64,000 nt of DNA from an uncultured Clostridia bacterium. GTDB taxonomy: Bacteria; Bacillota; Clostridia; TANB77; UBA1234. The stretch lies in the NCBI GenBank assembly GCA_934169745.1, contig CAKPOE010000003.1, forward strand, positions 16,087 through 80,086, in the 5' to 3' direction. This document shows positions 9,205 to 19,456 of this stretch, in pieces (the first letter of the stretch is position 1; each line of letters begins with the position of its first letter). Below the pieces are notes generated by a model that searched no databases, had not been told where the DNA came from, and saw only the letters and a list, made by a program, of their open reading frames with translations. The position numbers and the translations under genes are program-made.

Positions 9205-10470
9205 ATGAAAAAGGTTGCTTTTTATACATTGGGTTGTAAAGTTAATCAGTATGAAACGAACAAGATGATGGATTTATTTATAAATAGCGGATATGAGATT
9301 GTTGATTTTGATAGCATTGCAGATGTGTATGTCGTAAATACATGTACAGTTACAAATATGAGCGATAGAAAATCAAGGCAAATAATTCACAAAACAAAGG
9401 AGACTAATCCTAATAGTATATTGTGTGTTGTTGGTTGCTATGCCCAGGTTTCCAAAGATGAACTTTTAAAAATGGATGGCATTGATATTATACTAGGTAC
9501 AAACGACAGAAAAGACATTATTGAAAAAGTTAATGATTTTCAAAACGAAAAGATATGTGAAGTAAATGACGTAATGAAAGTTAGAACATATGAAGAATGG
9601 GGCGGAGTCGCTTTTTAGGATAAGGCAAGAGCGGAAAAAAAGATACAAGATGGCTGTGATAGATATTGCACGTACTGCATAATTCCTTATGCTCGTGGTC
9701 CTGTCCGCAGTAGAACAATTGATGATGTTTGCAACGAAATAATCGATTTAGCGAAGACGGGAATTAAAGAAGTTGTATTAACAGGTATACACATTTCTTC
9801 TTATGGAAAAGATATTTCAAAAGAAATACGATTAATAGATTTACTAGAGAAAGTTCAAAATATTGGTGGAATTGAGAGAATAAGATTAGGTTCTCTTGAG
9901 CCTAACATTATTACCAAAGAATTTGTCGCTAGGATTAAGAAAATTACAAAACTATGTAATCACTTTCATTTGTCACTTCAAAGTGGTTGTACAAATACAT
10001 TAAAAAGAATGAATAGAAGATATACAGCAGACGAATTTTATGAGAAAGTAGAATTGTTAAGAAGCAATATACCAGACGTTGCTCTCACAACAGATATTAT
10101 TGTTGGTTTTCCAGGAGAAACAGATGAAGAGTTTGAACAAACATTTGAATTCTTGAAGAAAGTAAACTTTTCTAAAATGCATGTTTTTAAATATTCGCCA
10201 CGAAAAGGAACCCCAGCAGCTAGTTATGAGAATCAAGTGGATGGAAACATAAAAGAAGAAAGAAGTAAAATACTTATTAATTTGTCAGATGAAAACGAGA
10301 AAGTTTTTGCGGAAAAATATATTGGTAAGGAAATTGATGTACTATTCGAAAACGAGAAAGAAGGACATACTACTAATTACATAAAGTGTGTTTCTGAAAA
10401 AGATGAGACTCCAAATGAAATAAAAAAAGTTATACCTAAAAAATTTGAAAATGGATATTTACTAGTTTAG
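9205..10470 (+). pseudogene. mtaB: tRNA methylthiotransferase MtaB (MiaB/RimO family radical SAM), interrupted by one in-frame TAG at 9616-9618
   Basis: The MTTase N-domain ORF 9205-9618 and the radical-SAM/TRAM part (CDRYCTYC cysteine triad, HFHLSLQSGC) are in the same frame. They are separated only by the TAG. There are no other stops from 9619 to 10470. Confidence 0.7.
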
Positions 10471-10482
10471 GAGGACAGAAGT

Positions 10483-12051
10483 TTGAAACGAATAATATTT
10501 ATTCTTATAGTGATTGGATTTGGTCTTGGACTATATTTAGGTGTTCGTTCTACATTATATGTAGAAGATGATGAAGTTGTTGAGCCAGCTTTGCTTGAAG
10601 AATCATTCCAAAACGAGTTAAATTTGCCGCTTATAGAAGTGGATACTCTTAACCCTATTTTGACTAGCAATAAACAAGTTTCTGATACATTAAAGTTAGT
10701 GTACGAACCATTGATTGATATTGATAGTTCAAATAAATTATCACCAGCATTGGCTACTGACTGGATGGAAAAAGATGAATTGACATGGATTGTAACATTA
10801 AGAGATAATGTTAGCTGGCATTCTGAAAAGGAATTTTCGGCAAATGATGTTATATTTACGATTAATTCTTTAAAAAGAAATGATAAGGCACCCTATTATA
10901 ATAATGTTAGAAATATTGTTAATGTTGAAAGGCTCGAAGATAATGCTGTGTCAATAACATTGCAAGAGAAAGATAATTTATTGCCTTATAAGCTTGTCTT
11001 TCCAATAGTGCCAGAATATTATTTTAAAGATAGTCTCGAAAATGAGGAAAAAGCGAATAGACCGGTTGGTACGGGAGCATATAAATATCTTGAAACATCT
11101 GATGATGGCGCTAGGATGACATTAAAAAGAAACAATTCGTGGTGGAATAATAAAGCGGGACAATTAAATACGATTTATTTGTATGAATATAAAACGTATG
11201 GCGAAGCTATAAAAGCATTTAAGTCTAGTGAAATTGATGTTATCAATACGTCTATGACTTTTTGGAATAAAAAATTTGGAACGATAGGAATAAATAATTA
11301 TCAATATGAAAATTCACAGTTTGAAACACTTATTCCAAACTGTCAAAGAACTGCACTATCAGAACCTTCGGTTAGACGAGCGATTCTACATGCTATTAAT
11401 AGAGAAAACATAATATCTGACGTATATAATGGTATGGCGAGTAAACAGGATATAATGATACACAATTATTCCTGGATTTATGATAAGGAATTTACAGCGG
11501 ATTATAATGCTGATAAAGCAAAACAATTGCTTGGCAATGCGCTTTGGAAGCAAGAAGATAATGTGTGGAAAAAGACTATTAATGGAAAAGTTGTTACACT
11601 TAAATTTTCTCTTATGGTAAATAAAGAAGATGATGAAAAAATAAAAGTTGCAGAAAAAATAAAGGAAGATTTGGAGAATATAGGAATTAAAATTACCATA
11701 AGCAAGGTTGATGCACAAACATATCAATCTAATATCAGTTTGGGAAAGTTCGACTTAGCTATAGGTACGATAGAAACTAATAATGAATTTGATATTATTG
11801 ATTTGTTGGGAAATAATGACTACGCGAATTACTCAGGAACTGCGTTAAGTGAAAACTTGAATCAATTATATTTATCTAATATCTATTTAGAAACTGCGTT
11901 TAATGATTTACAAAAAAACTATAAGATGGAAGTGCCATATATTGGACTTTATTATAAAACAAATATGTTGTTAACTAATAAATCTGTAAAAGGCAGCATA
12001 ACACCTACTTGGTGGAATCCGTATTATAATATTTACAATTGGAATAAATAA
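10483..12051 (+). CDS. Extracellular solute-binding protein family 5 (peptide/nickel-type ABC substrate-binding protein), N-terminally anchored, orphan
   Basis: 522 aa. TTG start with GGAGG RBS. N-terminal TM. LVYEPLIDID...LATDWME...DNVSWHS resembles SBP_bac_5. Confidence 0.65.
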   Translation: MKRIIFILIVIGFGLGLYLGVRSTLYVEDDEVVEPALLEESFQNELNLPLIEVDTLNPILTSNKQVSDTLKLVYEPLIDIDSSNKLSPALATDWMEKDELTWIVTLRDNVSWHSEKEFSANDVIFTINSLKRNDKAPYYNNVRNIVNVERLEDNAVSITLQEKDNLLPYKLVFPIVPEYYFKDSLENEEKANRPVGTGAYKYLETSDDGARMTLKRNNSWWNNKAGQLNTIYLYEYKTYGEAIKAFKSSEIDVINTSMTFWNKKFGTIGINNYQYENSQFETLIPNCQRTALSEPSVRRAILHAINRENIISDVYNGMASKQDIMIHNYSWIYDKEFTADYNADKAKQLLGNALWKQEDNVWKKTINGKVVTLKFSLMVNKEDDEKIKVAEKIKEDLENIGIKITISKVDAQTYQSNISLGKFDLAIGTIETNNEFDIIDLLGNNDYANYSGTALSENLNQLYLSNIYLETAFNDLQKNYKMEVPYIGLYYKTNMLLTNKSVKGSITPTWWNPYYNIYNWNK

Positions 12052-12067
12052 AAATTTAAAAATATAC

Positions 12068-12096
12068 TTGACATTTCAGAACGGTTGTTCTATTAT
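12068..12096 (+). promoter_or_regulatory. recA sigma-A promoter (TTGACA-17-TATTAT) with Cheo/LexA box GAACggttGTTC in the spacer (12079-12090)
   Basis: Read directly: TTGACA 12068-12073; GAAC-N4-GTTC 12079-12090; TATTAT 12091-12096. Confidence 0.75.
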
Positions 12097-12135
12097 TTAC
12101 TTGTAGCAAGAAAAGATTTTTTTAGGAGGTTTTTT

Positions 12136-13194
12136 ATGAGCGATAATAGTGAAAAGAAGAAGGCTTTGGAAGTTGCCTTGAGCCAAATCGAAAAGCAATT
12201 TGGTAAAGGTTCGGTTATGAAGTTAGGAGAGAATGCACATCTTAATATAGAAGCTATTCCAACTGGTGCATTAAGTTTGGATATCGCATTAGGAATTGGC
12301 GGAGTTCCTAGAGGAAGAATTGTAGAAGTATTTGGACCAGAATCTTCTGGAAAAACAACTGTTGCGTTACATATGATTGCAGAAGCACAAAAGCAAGGCG
12401 GGGAAGCTGCTTTTATTGATGCAGAGCATGCATTGGATCCAGTATATGCTAAAAAGTTAGGTGTTGATATTGATAATCTAATTGTTTCTCAACCAGACAC
12501 AGGAGAGCAAGCATTAGAAATAGCAGAAGCTTTGATAAGAAGTGGCGCGATTGATATTTTAGTATTGGACTCAGTTGCAGCTTTGGTTCCTAAGGCTGAA
12601 ATTGATGGAGATATGGGAGACGCGCATGTAGGATTACAAGCAAGACTTATGTCTCAAGCGTTAAGAAAACTAACGGGCGTATTAAATAAGTCTAATACAG
12701 TTGCAATATTTATAAATCAGCTTCGTGAAAAAGTTGGTATTATGTTTGGAAATCCAGAAGTAACTCCGGGAGGAAGGGCTTTGAAGTTTTATGCTTCTGT
12801 AAGACTTGATGTTAGAAAAACAGAGACATTAAAAAATAATGGTGAAGTTGTTGGAAATCACGTAAAAGTTAAAGTAGTAAAGAATAAGGTTGCTCCTCCA
12901 TTTAGAGAAGCTGAATTTGATATAATGTATGGAGAAGGAATTTCAAAAGAAGGAAATATTCTTGACATAGCTGTTAATTTAGATATTGTTGAAAAAGCTG
13001 GTGCTTGGTTTAGTTATAATGGAACGAGAATAGGTCAAGGTAGAGAAAATGCAAAACAATATTTAAAAGATAATCCTGAAATTTGTGCAGAGATTGAAAA
13101 GAAAGTTAGAGATAACTATGCAACTGCATTTGATAGAAGCCTTACAGAAGAACTTGAAAAAGTTGACGATGACGATATGGAAGATGATGAATAA
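12136..13194 (+). CDS. recA: Recombinase RecA
   Basis: Start placed at MSDNSEKKK after the GGAGG RBS, not the upstream ATG at 12085. Walker [10 protein letters not shown] and the full RecA core are present. Confidence 0.95.
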   Translation: MSDNSEKKKALEVALSQIEKQFGKGSVMKLGENAHLNIEAIPTGALSLDIALGIGGVPRGRIVEVFGPESSGKTTVALHMIAEAQKQGGEAAFIDAEHALDPVYAKKLGVDIDNLIVSQPDTGEQALEIAEALIRSGAIDILVLDSVAALVPKAEIDGDMGDAHVGLQARLMSQALRKLTGVLNKSNTVAIFINQLREKVGIMFGNPEVTPGGRALKFYASVRLDVRKTETLKNNGEVVGNHVKVKVVKNKVAPPFREAEFDIMYGEGISKEGNILDIAVNLDIVEKAGAWFSYNGTRIGQGRENAKQYLKDNPEICAEIEKKVRDNYATAFDRSLTEELEKVDDDDMEDDE

Positions 13195-13203
13195 AAATAC
13201 AAT

Positions 13204-13234
13204 TAGCCCAAGGAGAGATAATATCCTTGGGCTA
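13204..13234 (+). promoter_or_regulatory. recA-recX intergenic hairpin (attenuator-like, no U-tract)
   Basis: tagcccaagga / gagataata / tccttgggcta is an 11-bp perfect stem, immediately upstream of the recX RBS. Confidence 0.5.
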
Positions 13235-13254
13235 AAAAGTATTGTGGAGGGCAT

Positions 13255-13695
13255 ATGATTGTAGATAGTAAACTAATGAGATATGTTTTGTTTAAAAAAC
13301 GAACCGAAAAAGAGGTACGTCAAAAATGCAAAATGTTAGGCTACAGTGAAGACTATACAGATGAGATCATAGAATATCTGAAAGAGGCCGAATACATAAA
13401 CGACAAGGTGTATGTACAAAAGTATATACAAAATGTTTTGAAATTGAAAACTTGTTCAATCTTTGAAATAAAAATGGATTTACTTCGAAGAGGCATCGAT
13501 GAAGATGAAATCGAAAAATATATTGATGATGAGTTATATGAATTTGAAGAAAAATGTGCAATAGCACTTGCACGCAAGAAATATAAGGCAACAGGTGAGA
13601 TTGATAAGGTTAAACGATATTTAATGAGTAAAGGATATAGCCATTCCAATGTATCAAAAGCAATTGACAACTTGGGTAACATGAGCGATAATTAA
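13255..13695 (+). CDS. recX: Regulatory protein RecX
   Basis: 146 aa immediately downstream of recA. Three-helix repeat pattern typical of RecX. Confidence 0.8.
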   Translation: MIVDSKLMRYVLFKKRTEKEVRQKCKMLGYSEDYTDEIIEYLKEAEYINDKVYVQKYIQNVLKLKTCSIFEIKMDLLRRGIDEDEIEKYIDDELYEFEEKCAIALARKKYKATGEIDKVKRYLMSKGYSHSNVSKAIDNLGNMSDN

Positions 13696-13735
13696 GATTG
13701 TAAAATACTAAAGCTAAAAATAAGGAGGAATTGTA

Positions 13736-14554
13736 ATGCAAGACTTATTATTAAGAGCAATGGAATCTGCAAATTATATCAGAAGTAAAATTTCAAATGT
13801 GCCAGACGTAGCGATAATATTGGGTTCTGGCTTGGGCAGTTTGACAGATCAAATAAGGAGTACAATTGAAATTCCTTATAGTGAAATTCCCAATTTTAAA
13901 ACTTCAAGTGTTGTTGGACATGAAAACAAATTAGTATATGGAACTATATACGGTAAAAAAGTTATTGCAATGAAAGGAAGATACCATTATTATGAGGGAT
14001 ATTCTATGCAAGAAGTTGCATTCCCTGTAAAAGTATTTGCATTATTAGGAATCTCAAATTTAATTGTTTCAAATGCAGCAGGAGGAATAAACAAAAAATA
14101 TAAAGCAGGAGATTTAATGCTAATCAGAGACCATATAAAGTTGTGCGGAGACTCACCTTTAAGAGGACCAAACGTTGATGATTTTGGGGCAAGATTTCCA
14201 GATATGAGTGAGGCATATCCTAATGATTTCCGTGAGCTAGCTAAAAGCGTTGCAAAAAAACTAAAGATGGAAGTACAAGAAGGTGTGTATGCTTTTATGC
14301 CAGGTCCGCAATATGAAACCCCGGCAGAAATAAAGATGCTTTCTATGTTGGGTGCCGATGCTGTTGGTATGTCTACAGTGCCTGAAGTTATAAGTGCTGT
14401 TCACTCAGGTATGAATGTACTTGGAATTTCTTGTATTACTAATGAAGCAGCAACTTCTGGAAAAGTTCTTTCACATAATGAAGTTATAGAGGCTGCAGCT
14501 GGTAGAGAAGAGGATTTTGTGAACTTTGTTGTAGAAATTATAAACGAGATATAA
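13736..14554 (+). CDS. punA: Purine nucleoside phosphorylase (PNP family 2, PupG/PunA-type)
   Basis: 272 aa. Strongly resembles B. subtilis PupG: ILGSGLG, VGHENKLVYG, GPQYETPAE and VGMSTVPEVI motifs. Confidence 0.85.
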   Translation: MQDLLLRAMESANYIRSKISNVPDVAIILGSGLGSLTDQIRSTIEIPYSEIPNFKTSSVVGHENKLVYGTIYGKKVIAMKGRYHYYEGYSMQEVAFPVKVFALLGISNLIVSNAAGGINKKYKAGDLMLIRDHIKLCGDSPLRGPNVDDFGARFPDMSEAYPNDFRELAKSVAKKLKMEVQEGVYAFMPGPQYETPAEIKMLSMLGADAVGMSTVPEVISAVHSGMNVLGISCITNEAATSGKVLSHNEVIEAAAGREEDFVNFVVEIINEI

Positions 14555-14570
14555 AGCGAGGAAAGTTTTT

Positions 14571-15302
14571 ATGGATCAATACACAATACGAATGGAGAAT
14601 TTTGAAGGTCCTTTAGACTTGCTATGTCAATTGATTGACAAAAACAAGATGGACATATTCGATATAAAAATTGCCGAAATTACGGATCAATATTTAGAAT
14701 ACTTAAAAGAAATGCAGAAAATGAACTTGGACGTTACAAGCGAATTTATTGTTATGGCAGCAAGGCTTATATATTTAAAATCAAAGTCGTTACTTCCATC
14801 ACTTGCACCAAAGGAGGAAGAAGAGGATGAGTTTGATTTAGTAAAATTGTTATTAGAATATAAACAATACAAAGAGTGTACTACGACACTTAAAGAAAGA
14901 ATTGAAACATATGGAAAAAGATATTACAAGTTGCCTGAAAAAATTGAGTTGCCGAAAAATAAGCTTGAGAAAGAATATAGTCCAGACTTGATTCCAGAGC
15001 TGTATAATGAATTCATCACAAGAGAGAGACAAAAAAAGAACTTGCAGGCGGAAAATATCAATAGATTAGCTGTAAGTGAAAAGGTAACAATAAAAAGTAA
15101 GATAAAAGAAATATTGAAAGAATTATGGAAAAAACCTTCATTCATATTTAACAAGTTGTTTAGTCCTAAAAAGAGGTCAAAAGTTGAAATCGTGACAGCA
15201 TTCTTGAGCTTGCTTGAGTTATCGAAGATGAGTAGAATACAAGTTTCGCAAGACAAGCTATTTGGTGATATAAATGTAGTAAAATTAAAAAAGCAAAGAT
15301 AA
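14571..15302 (+). CDS. scpA: Segregation and condensation protein A
   Basis: 243 aa. FEGPLDLLCQLIDKNKMDIFDIKIAEITDQYLEYL is the ScpA N-terminus. Confidence 0.85.
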   Translation: MDQYTIRMENFEGPLDLLCQLIDKNKMDIFDIKIAEITDQYLEYLKEMQKMNLDVTSEFIVMAARLIYLKSKSLLPSLAPKEEEEDEFDLVKLLLEYKQYKECTTTLKERIETYGKRYYKLPEKIELPKNKLEKEYSPDLIPELYNEFITRERQKKNLQAENINRLAVSEKVTIKSKIKEILKELWKKPSFIFNKLFSPKKRSKVEIVTAFLSLLELSKMSRIQVSQDKLFGDINVVKLKKQR

Positions 15303-15907
15303 TGAATAATCATAGTGATATTTGGAAAAATATTACTATGATTATTTTTTTGGTTATTTTTATTATTTTAATAATTTTTGTTTTTTCAAAGATTAAGTTA
15401 GAAATTTACTTTTCATTTTCTAACTTTGATTATATGTATAGTATTGGATTAATATATTTTGTAAAAATAAAGACTTTATATAAAAGTGATATTGAAAAAT
15501 ATGTGATACATCAAAAAAGAAAAAAGAAGATAAATAATTCGAAAAAGAAAAAGAGCAAACTACAGATTAATGAGATGAAAACAATTCTGAAATATGTTGA
15601 TTTTGAAAAGCTTATTGTAGAATTTAATAGTGGATTTATTAGTCTTTTACCAACAGTTTTTAGCATTCCAGTAATTTCAACGATATTATCTAGTATTTAT
15701 ACTATTCTGAATATTAAGTATGACGAAAATCATGTGTTTTGCGTTAAACCAGTGTACGATAAACTGAATATATCTGGCAAAATTCACTGTATAGTATCAA
15801 TGAAAATAGCACATATTATTTATGTATTACTTATATTAGCTTTTGAAAGGAGAAAGAAAAATGGAAAATCATCCAATAGAGGGGTTAATGAATACTGCTA
15901 TGAATAA
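15302..15907 (+). CDS. DUF2953/YtfI-like membrane protein (partner of YtfJ)
   Basis: 201 aa. N-terminal TM. Lies immediately upstream of and overlapping ytfJ, as in the ytfI-ytfJ arrangement. Confidence 0.45.
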   Translation: MNNHSDIWKNITMIIFLVIFIILIIFVFSKIKLEIYFSFSNFDYMYSIGLIYFVKIKTLYKSDIEKYVIHQKRKKKINNSKKKKSKLQINEMKTILKYVDFEKLIVEFNSGFISLLPTVFSIPVISTILSSIYTILNIKYDENHVFCVKPVYDKLNISGKIHCIVSMKIAHIIYVLLILAFERRKKNGKSSNRGVNEYCYE

Positions 15908-16355
15908 CCTAAAGGATATGATTGATGTTAACACTGTGGTTGGCGAGGCAATTGACTGCGGAAATGGAACAACAATAATTCCAGTATCAAAAGTTTGCTT
16001 TGGTTTTGCGGCAGGTGGAAGTGAATTTAAAGGAGAAACTATTGATCAATATTCGAAAGAAGGAATTGATGAAGATATAACATACAGATTACCGTTTGGT
16101 GGTGGAAGTGGAGCAGGAGTGAATATCATGCCTATGGGATTTCTAGTAGCTTCAGAATCAGGAGTGAAAATGTTACCCGTAGATCATTGTTCATCAATAG
16201 ATAAATTATTGGATTATGTGCCAGATGTTTTGAATAAAATAACTGAATTGTGGAATACGGAAAAAGTGTATAAATATGAATTTTACGAAGATGATGACGA
16301 GAATGAAGAATGTAATTGCGGATGTCAGGATGAGATGGAAAATAATGAGCAGTAA
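15861..16355 (+). CDS. ytfJ: Sporulation protein YtfJ (GerW family)
   Basis: Start at MENHPIEGL after the AGGAG RBS. NLKDMIDVNTVVGEAIDCGNGTTIIPVSKVCFGFAAGG is the GerW/YtfJ signature. Confidence 0.8.
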   Translation: MENHPIEGLMNTAMNNLKDMIDVNTVVGEAIDCGNGTTIIPVSKVCFGFAAGGSEFKGETIDQYSKEGIDEDITYRLPFGGGSGAGVNIMPMGFLVASESGVKMLPVDHCSSIDKLLDYVPDVLNKITELWNTEKVYKYEFYEDDDENEECNCGCQDEMENNEQ

Positions 16356-16379
16356 AAGACAAGAAGTTTTCAAGTATAT

Positions 16380-16413
16380 GAACGGATTTTGGGTGGCCAC
16401 CTGAAATCCGTTC
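16380..16413 (+). terminator. Terminator after ytfJ
   Basis: aacggatttt...aaatccgtt hairpin. Confidence 0.5.
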
Positions 16414-16524
16414 GTTGGTAATGGACGCTAATGCAAGCCTGTAGAAGAAATAGCTCTTGAATTGCAGGGCATTGTATGATATTATTTTTGTGTGATTAAT
16501 ATTGTATGATGAAAGGCGTTTGTA

Positions 16525-18045
16525 ATGAAGAAGAATATTTTTAAAACATTTAGTTTGATTTTTATTATAACTGTTATTTCTAAGTTTTTAGGCCTTTTTA
16601 GGGATATTGTTTTTGCTAAATATTATGGTACTGGATATGTTGCTAATGCTTTTTTTGCCGCAATTAGAATTCCTACGCAACTTGTAGACATAATATTGAG
16701 CTCGGCAATTGTATCAACTTTTGTGCCAATATTTAATCAAGTGCTACAAAAGGATGGAAAGGATAAAGCGAATAAGTTCGCAAACAATTTTGTTAATATT
16801 GTTGCTCTAATTTCTACAGCTATTGCTATTATCGGAATAATCTTTGCACCACAAATTGTTAAGGCTTTAGCTGGGGGCTTTGATACACAAACATTTAATC
16901 TCACTGTTGAACTGATTAAGATTACTTTTCCAATGATTATTTTTACTGCTATTGCTTATTCTTTGGTTGGATTTTTACAATCGTATGGCCAGTTTAATAT
17001 CCCGGCCATGATTAGTGCAGTTTCAAACCTTGTGATTATCATTTTTTTACTCTTATTTAGAGAAAAGTTTGGTATACACGGTGTAGCGGGTTGTATGTTA
17101 TTTGCATGGCTTTTGCAAGTACTTATACAAGTTCCATTTGCTAAAAAATACGGTTATCCGTTTGGACTACATATAGATTTTAAGGACGAAAATATAAAGA
17201 GAGTTTTTTTACTTTCAATTCCGATTTTAATTAGCACGGCTGTGCTACCAATTAACAACCTAGTATCTACTAGGCTTGCTTCTGGAATGGGTGATAATGC
17301 AGTATCTGCAATGGAATATGCATATAAACTTTATGTAGTAATTTCAGGTGTATTTACATATGCCATTGGAAATATTATATTTCCAGAAATGTCTAGAGCT
17401 AGTGCAGATGACAATAAAGAAGAATATAAAGAGATTATTAATAAAGCGATGAGGATGATGATATACATATTGATTCCATTGACAATAGGCATAACTATTT
17501 TCAGCAAAGATATCATATCTGTTATTTATGAGAGGGGCGAATTTACAGCAGAATCAACTTTGGTTACATCATCGATTTTAACTTTCTTTAGTGTTGGTAT
17601 AATTGGCTCTGGAATAGTTGAAGTTATGAACAAGGCATTTTACGCAAAGCAAGATACAAAATCTCCACTTATTGCAGGTATAATAATGATTATAATAAAC
17701 GTTATATTGTGTGTGACGTTAAGTAAGTTTTTGGATGTTAAAGGGCTTGCGCTTGCAACATCAATAACGGCTATTGTTAATGCAATAACACTTATGTATA
17801 TGGCAAATAGAAACGTAAAAATTATTACAAAAGAATTGGGAACATTCATAGCTAAAGTTGTAATAAGCGCTTTAGTAATGGGAGTGGTTGTTTATCTTTT
17901 AAACAAGTATCTTCAGGCGTCATCTTTAATTAATATTTTTAGAATGATTATTGGAGCTGCTATGGGTGTTGTAACATATTATTTGATGACTTATTTATTA
18001 AAAGCTAATGAGATAAAATTATTTAAGAAAACGGACATAGTTTAG
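16525..18045 (+). CDS. murJ: Lipid II flippase MurJ (MviN family)
   Basis: 506 aa polytopic. FLGLFRDIVFAKYYGTG...ANAFFAAIRIP N-terminal MurJ motifs. Confidence 0.85.
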   Translation: MKKNIFKTFSLIFIITVISKFLGLFRDIVFAKYYGTGYVANAFFAAIRIPTQLVDIILSSAIVSTFVPIFNQVLQKDGKDKANKFANNFVNIVALISTAIAIIGIIFAPQIVKALAGGFDTQTFNLTVELIKITFPMIIFTAIAYSLVGFLQSYGQFNIPAMISAVSNLVIIIFLLLFREKFGIHGVAGCMLFAWLLQVLIQVPFAKKYGYPFGLHIDFKDENIKRVFLLSIPILISTAVLPINNLVSTRLASGMGDNAVSAMEYAYKLYVVISGVFTYAIGNIIFPEMSRASADDNKEEYKEIINKAMRMMIYILIPLTIGITIFSKDIISVIYERGEFTAESTLVTSSILTFFSVGIIGSGIVEVMNKAFYAKQDTKSPLIAGIIMIIINVILCVTLSKFLDVKGLALATSITAIVNAITLMYMANRNVKIITKELGTFIAKVVISALVMGVVVYLLNKYLQASSLINIFRMIIGAAMGVVTYYLMTYLLKANEIKLFKKTDIV

Positions 18046-18056
18046 GAGGAAGAACT

Positions 18057-19454
18057 TTGATAGATATATGGAAAAACAGCTTAACTTATAAAATAGTTAT
18101 GGCGATAAATGAATGGTTTGGAAGATTGTTTTCTGATAGTGCATTAGTTAATTTCTTTATAAAAGAGAAAGACACTACTATGCAAGAAAATTCTATTGTA
18201 GTTAAATTTATAAATGTAATTATTAAATTTTTTAGAAAAATATTTCATGCAATTAAAATAGATAAGTTGTTTGAAAAAAGTATTTTTGCAAACCCTAAAA
18301 TTTGGATTACATTTGTTGTTGCTTTAACACCATTTTTACCTACAATGCTAGTACTTTTAATGGTATTAGCTTCAATGGCTTCATTGTTTCTTAAAGCAAC
18401 GATTGATGAAAATTTTAAGCTTCGATATTTTAAAACAAATACATGGTTACTAGCGTATATTTTTGTTATTGCTTTTTGTGCACTAACTTCTGTTTCAAGA
18501 GAAGAAAGTTTAAAAATAGGAATGCTTACAATAGCTTTTACTCTTTTCTATTTTGTATGGATTAATACTGTAACAACTAAAAAGCAAATGAAATTTTACG
18601 TGTCTGTATTTGTGGTAGCAGGAACTCTTTCAGCTTTATATGGATTATACCAATACTTTTTCGGTGATATATATTCGCAAGAATGGCTTGATGGAAATAT
18701 GTTTGAAGAAATTAAAATGAGAGTTTATTCAACATTTTCAAATCCGAATGTTTTTGGAGAGTATTTACTTCTAGTGATTCCGTTTTCAATAATGTTGTTT
18801 TTTAACTCTAAAGGATTACTTAAAAAGCTTTTTTGGCTTGGTAATGTTGGAATTTTAATGCTTGCCTTGGTTTTAACTTTTTCAAGAGGTTGCTGGCTTG
18901 GAATAATTTTTTCACTATTTGTTTTAGCAATTTTAATTGATAAAAGGCTTATTTGGCTTGGCGTTCTTGGATTAATTGCAGCACCATTTGTATTACCGGA
19001 GTCAATTCTTTCTAGATTTGCAAGTATAGGAAACATGGCAGATTCATCAACTTCATATAGAGTATATATTTGGATAGGTACGATTGCCATGCTTAAAGAT
19101 TACTTTTTATCAGGAATTGGATTAGGTACAAGTAGTTTCAATTTGGTATATCCTTTATATGCATATAATGATATTGTAGCTCCACATTCACATAGTTTGT
19201 ATCTACAACTACTAGTTGAGTATGGTTTCGTTGGATTTATTGTCTTTGCGGGAATTATTTATAATTTTTATAAAGAGACAATTATTTCATACATCAAAGA
19301 AAAGAACTGGATAATAGCCGCTTCCATTGCTGCTATTACGGGTTTTTTAATTCAAAGTGCTACTGACTATACATTTTACAACTACAGAGTAATACTAGTA
19401 TTTTGGATGGTACTTGCTTTTGGAATTTCAATGACTAAGCGAGAGGAGGAATAG
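18057..19454 (+). CDS. O-antigen ligase-like (Wzy_C) polytopic membrane protein
   Basis: 465 aa. TTG start with AGGAGG RBS. FSRGCWLGIIFSL region typical of the Wzy_C/O-antigen ligase domain. Confidence 0.65.
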   Translation: MIDIWKNSLTYKIVMAINEWFGRLFSDSALVNFFIKEKDTTMQENSIVVKFINVIIKFFRKIFHAIKIDKLFEKSIFANPKIWITFVVALTPFLPTMLVLLMVLASMASLFLKATIDENFKLRYFKTNTWLLAYIFVIAFCALTSVSREESLKIGMLTIAFTLFYFVWINTVTTKKQMKFYVSVFVVAGTLSALYGLYQYFFGDIYSQEWLDGNMFEEIKMRVYSTFSNPNVFGEYLLLVIPFSIMLFFNSKGLLKKLFWLGNVGILMLALVLTFSRGCWLGIIFSLFVLAILIDKRLIWLGVLGLIAAPFVLPESILSRFASIGNMADSSTSYRVYIWIGTIAMLKDYFLSGIGLGTSSFNLVYPLYAYNDIVAPHSHSLYLQLLVEYGFVGFIVFAGIIYNFYKETIISYIKEKNWIIAASIAAITGFLIQSATDYTFYNYRVILVFWMVLAFGISMTKREEE

Positions 19455-19456
19455 TT

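Noticed and set aside
9616-9618. Possibility that TAG is a sense codon (stop-codon reassignment or pyrrolysine), making mtaB intact.
   Set aside because: TAG terminates the amidase gene at 4401-4403, directly followed by the next gene's RBS. No pyl genes were seen. Ordinary code assumed.
12085-12135. ATG at 12085 as the recA start (track [20 protein letters not shown]...).
   Set aside because: It overlaps the -10/LexA box and has no RBS. The GGAGG RBS precedes ATG 12136 (MSDNSEKKK), which matches canonical RecA N-termini.
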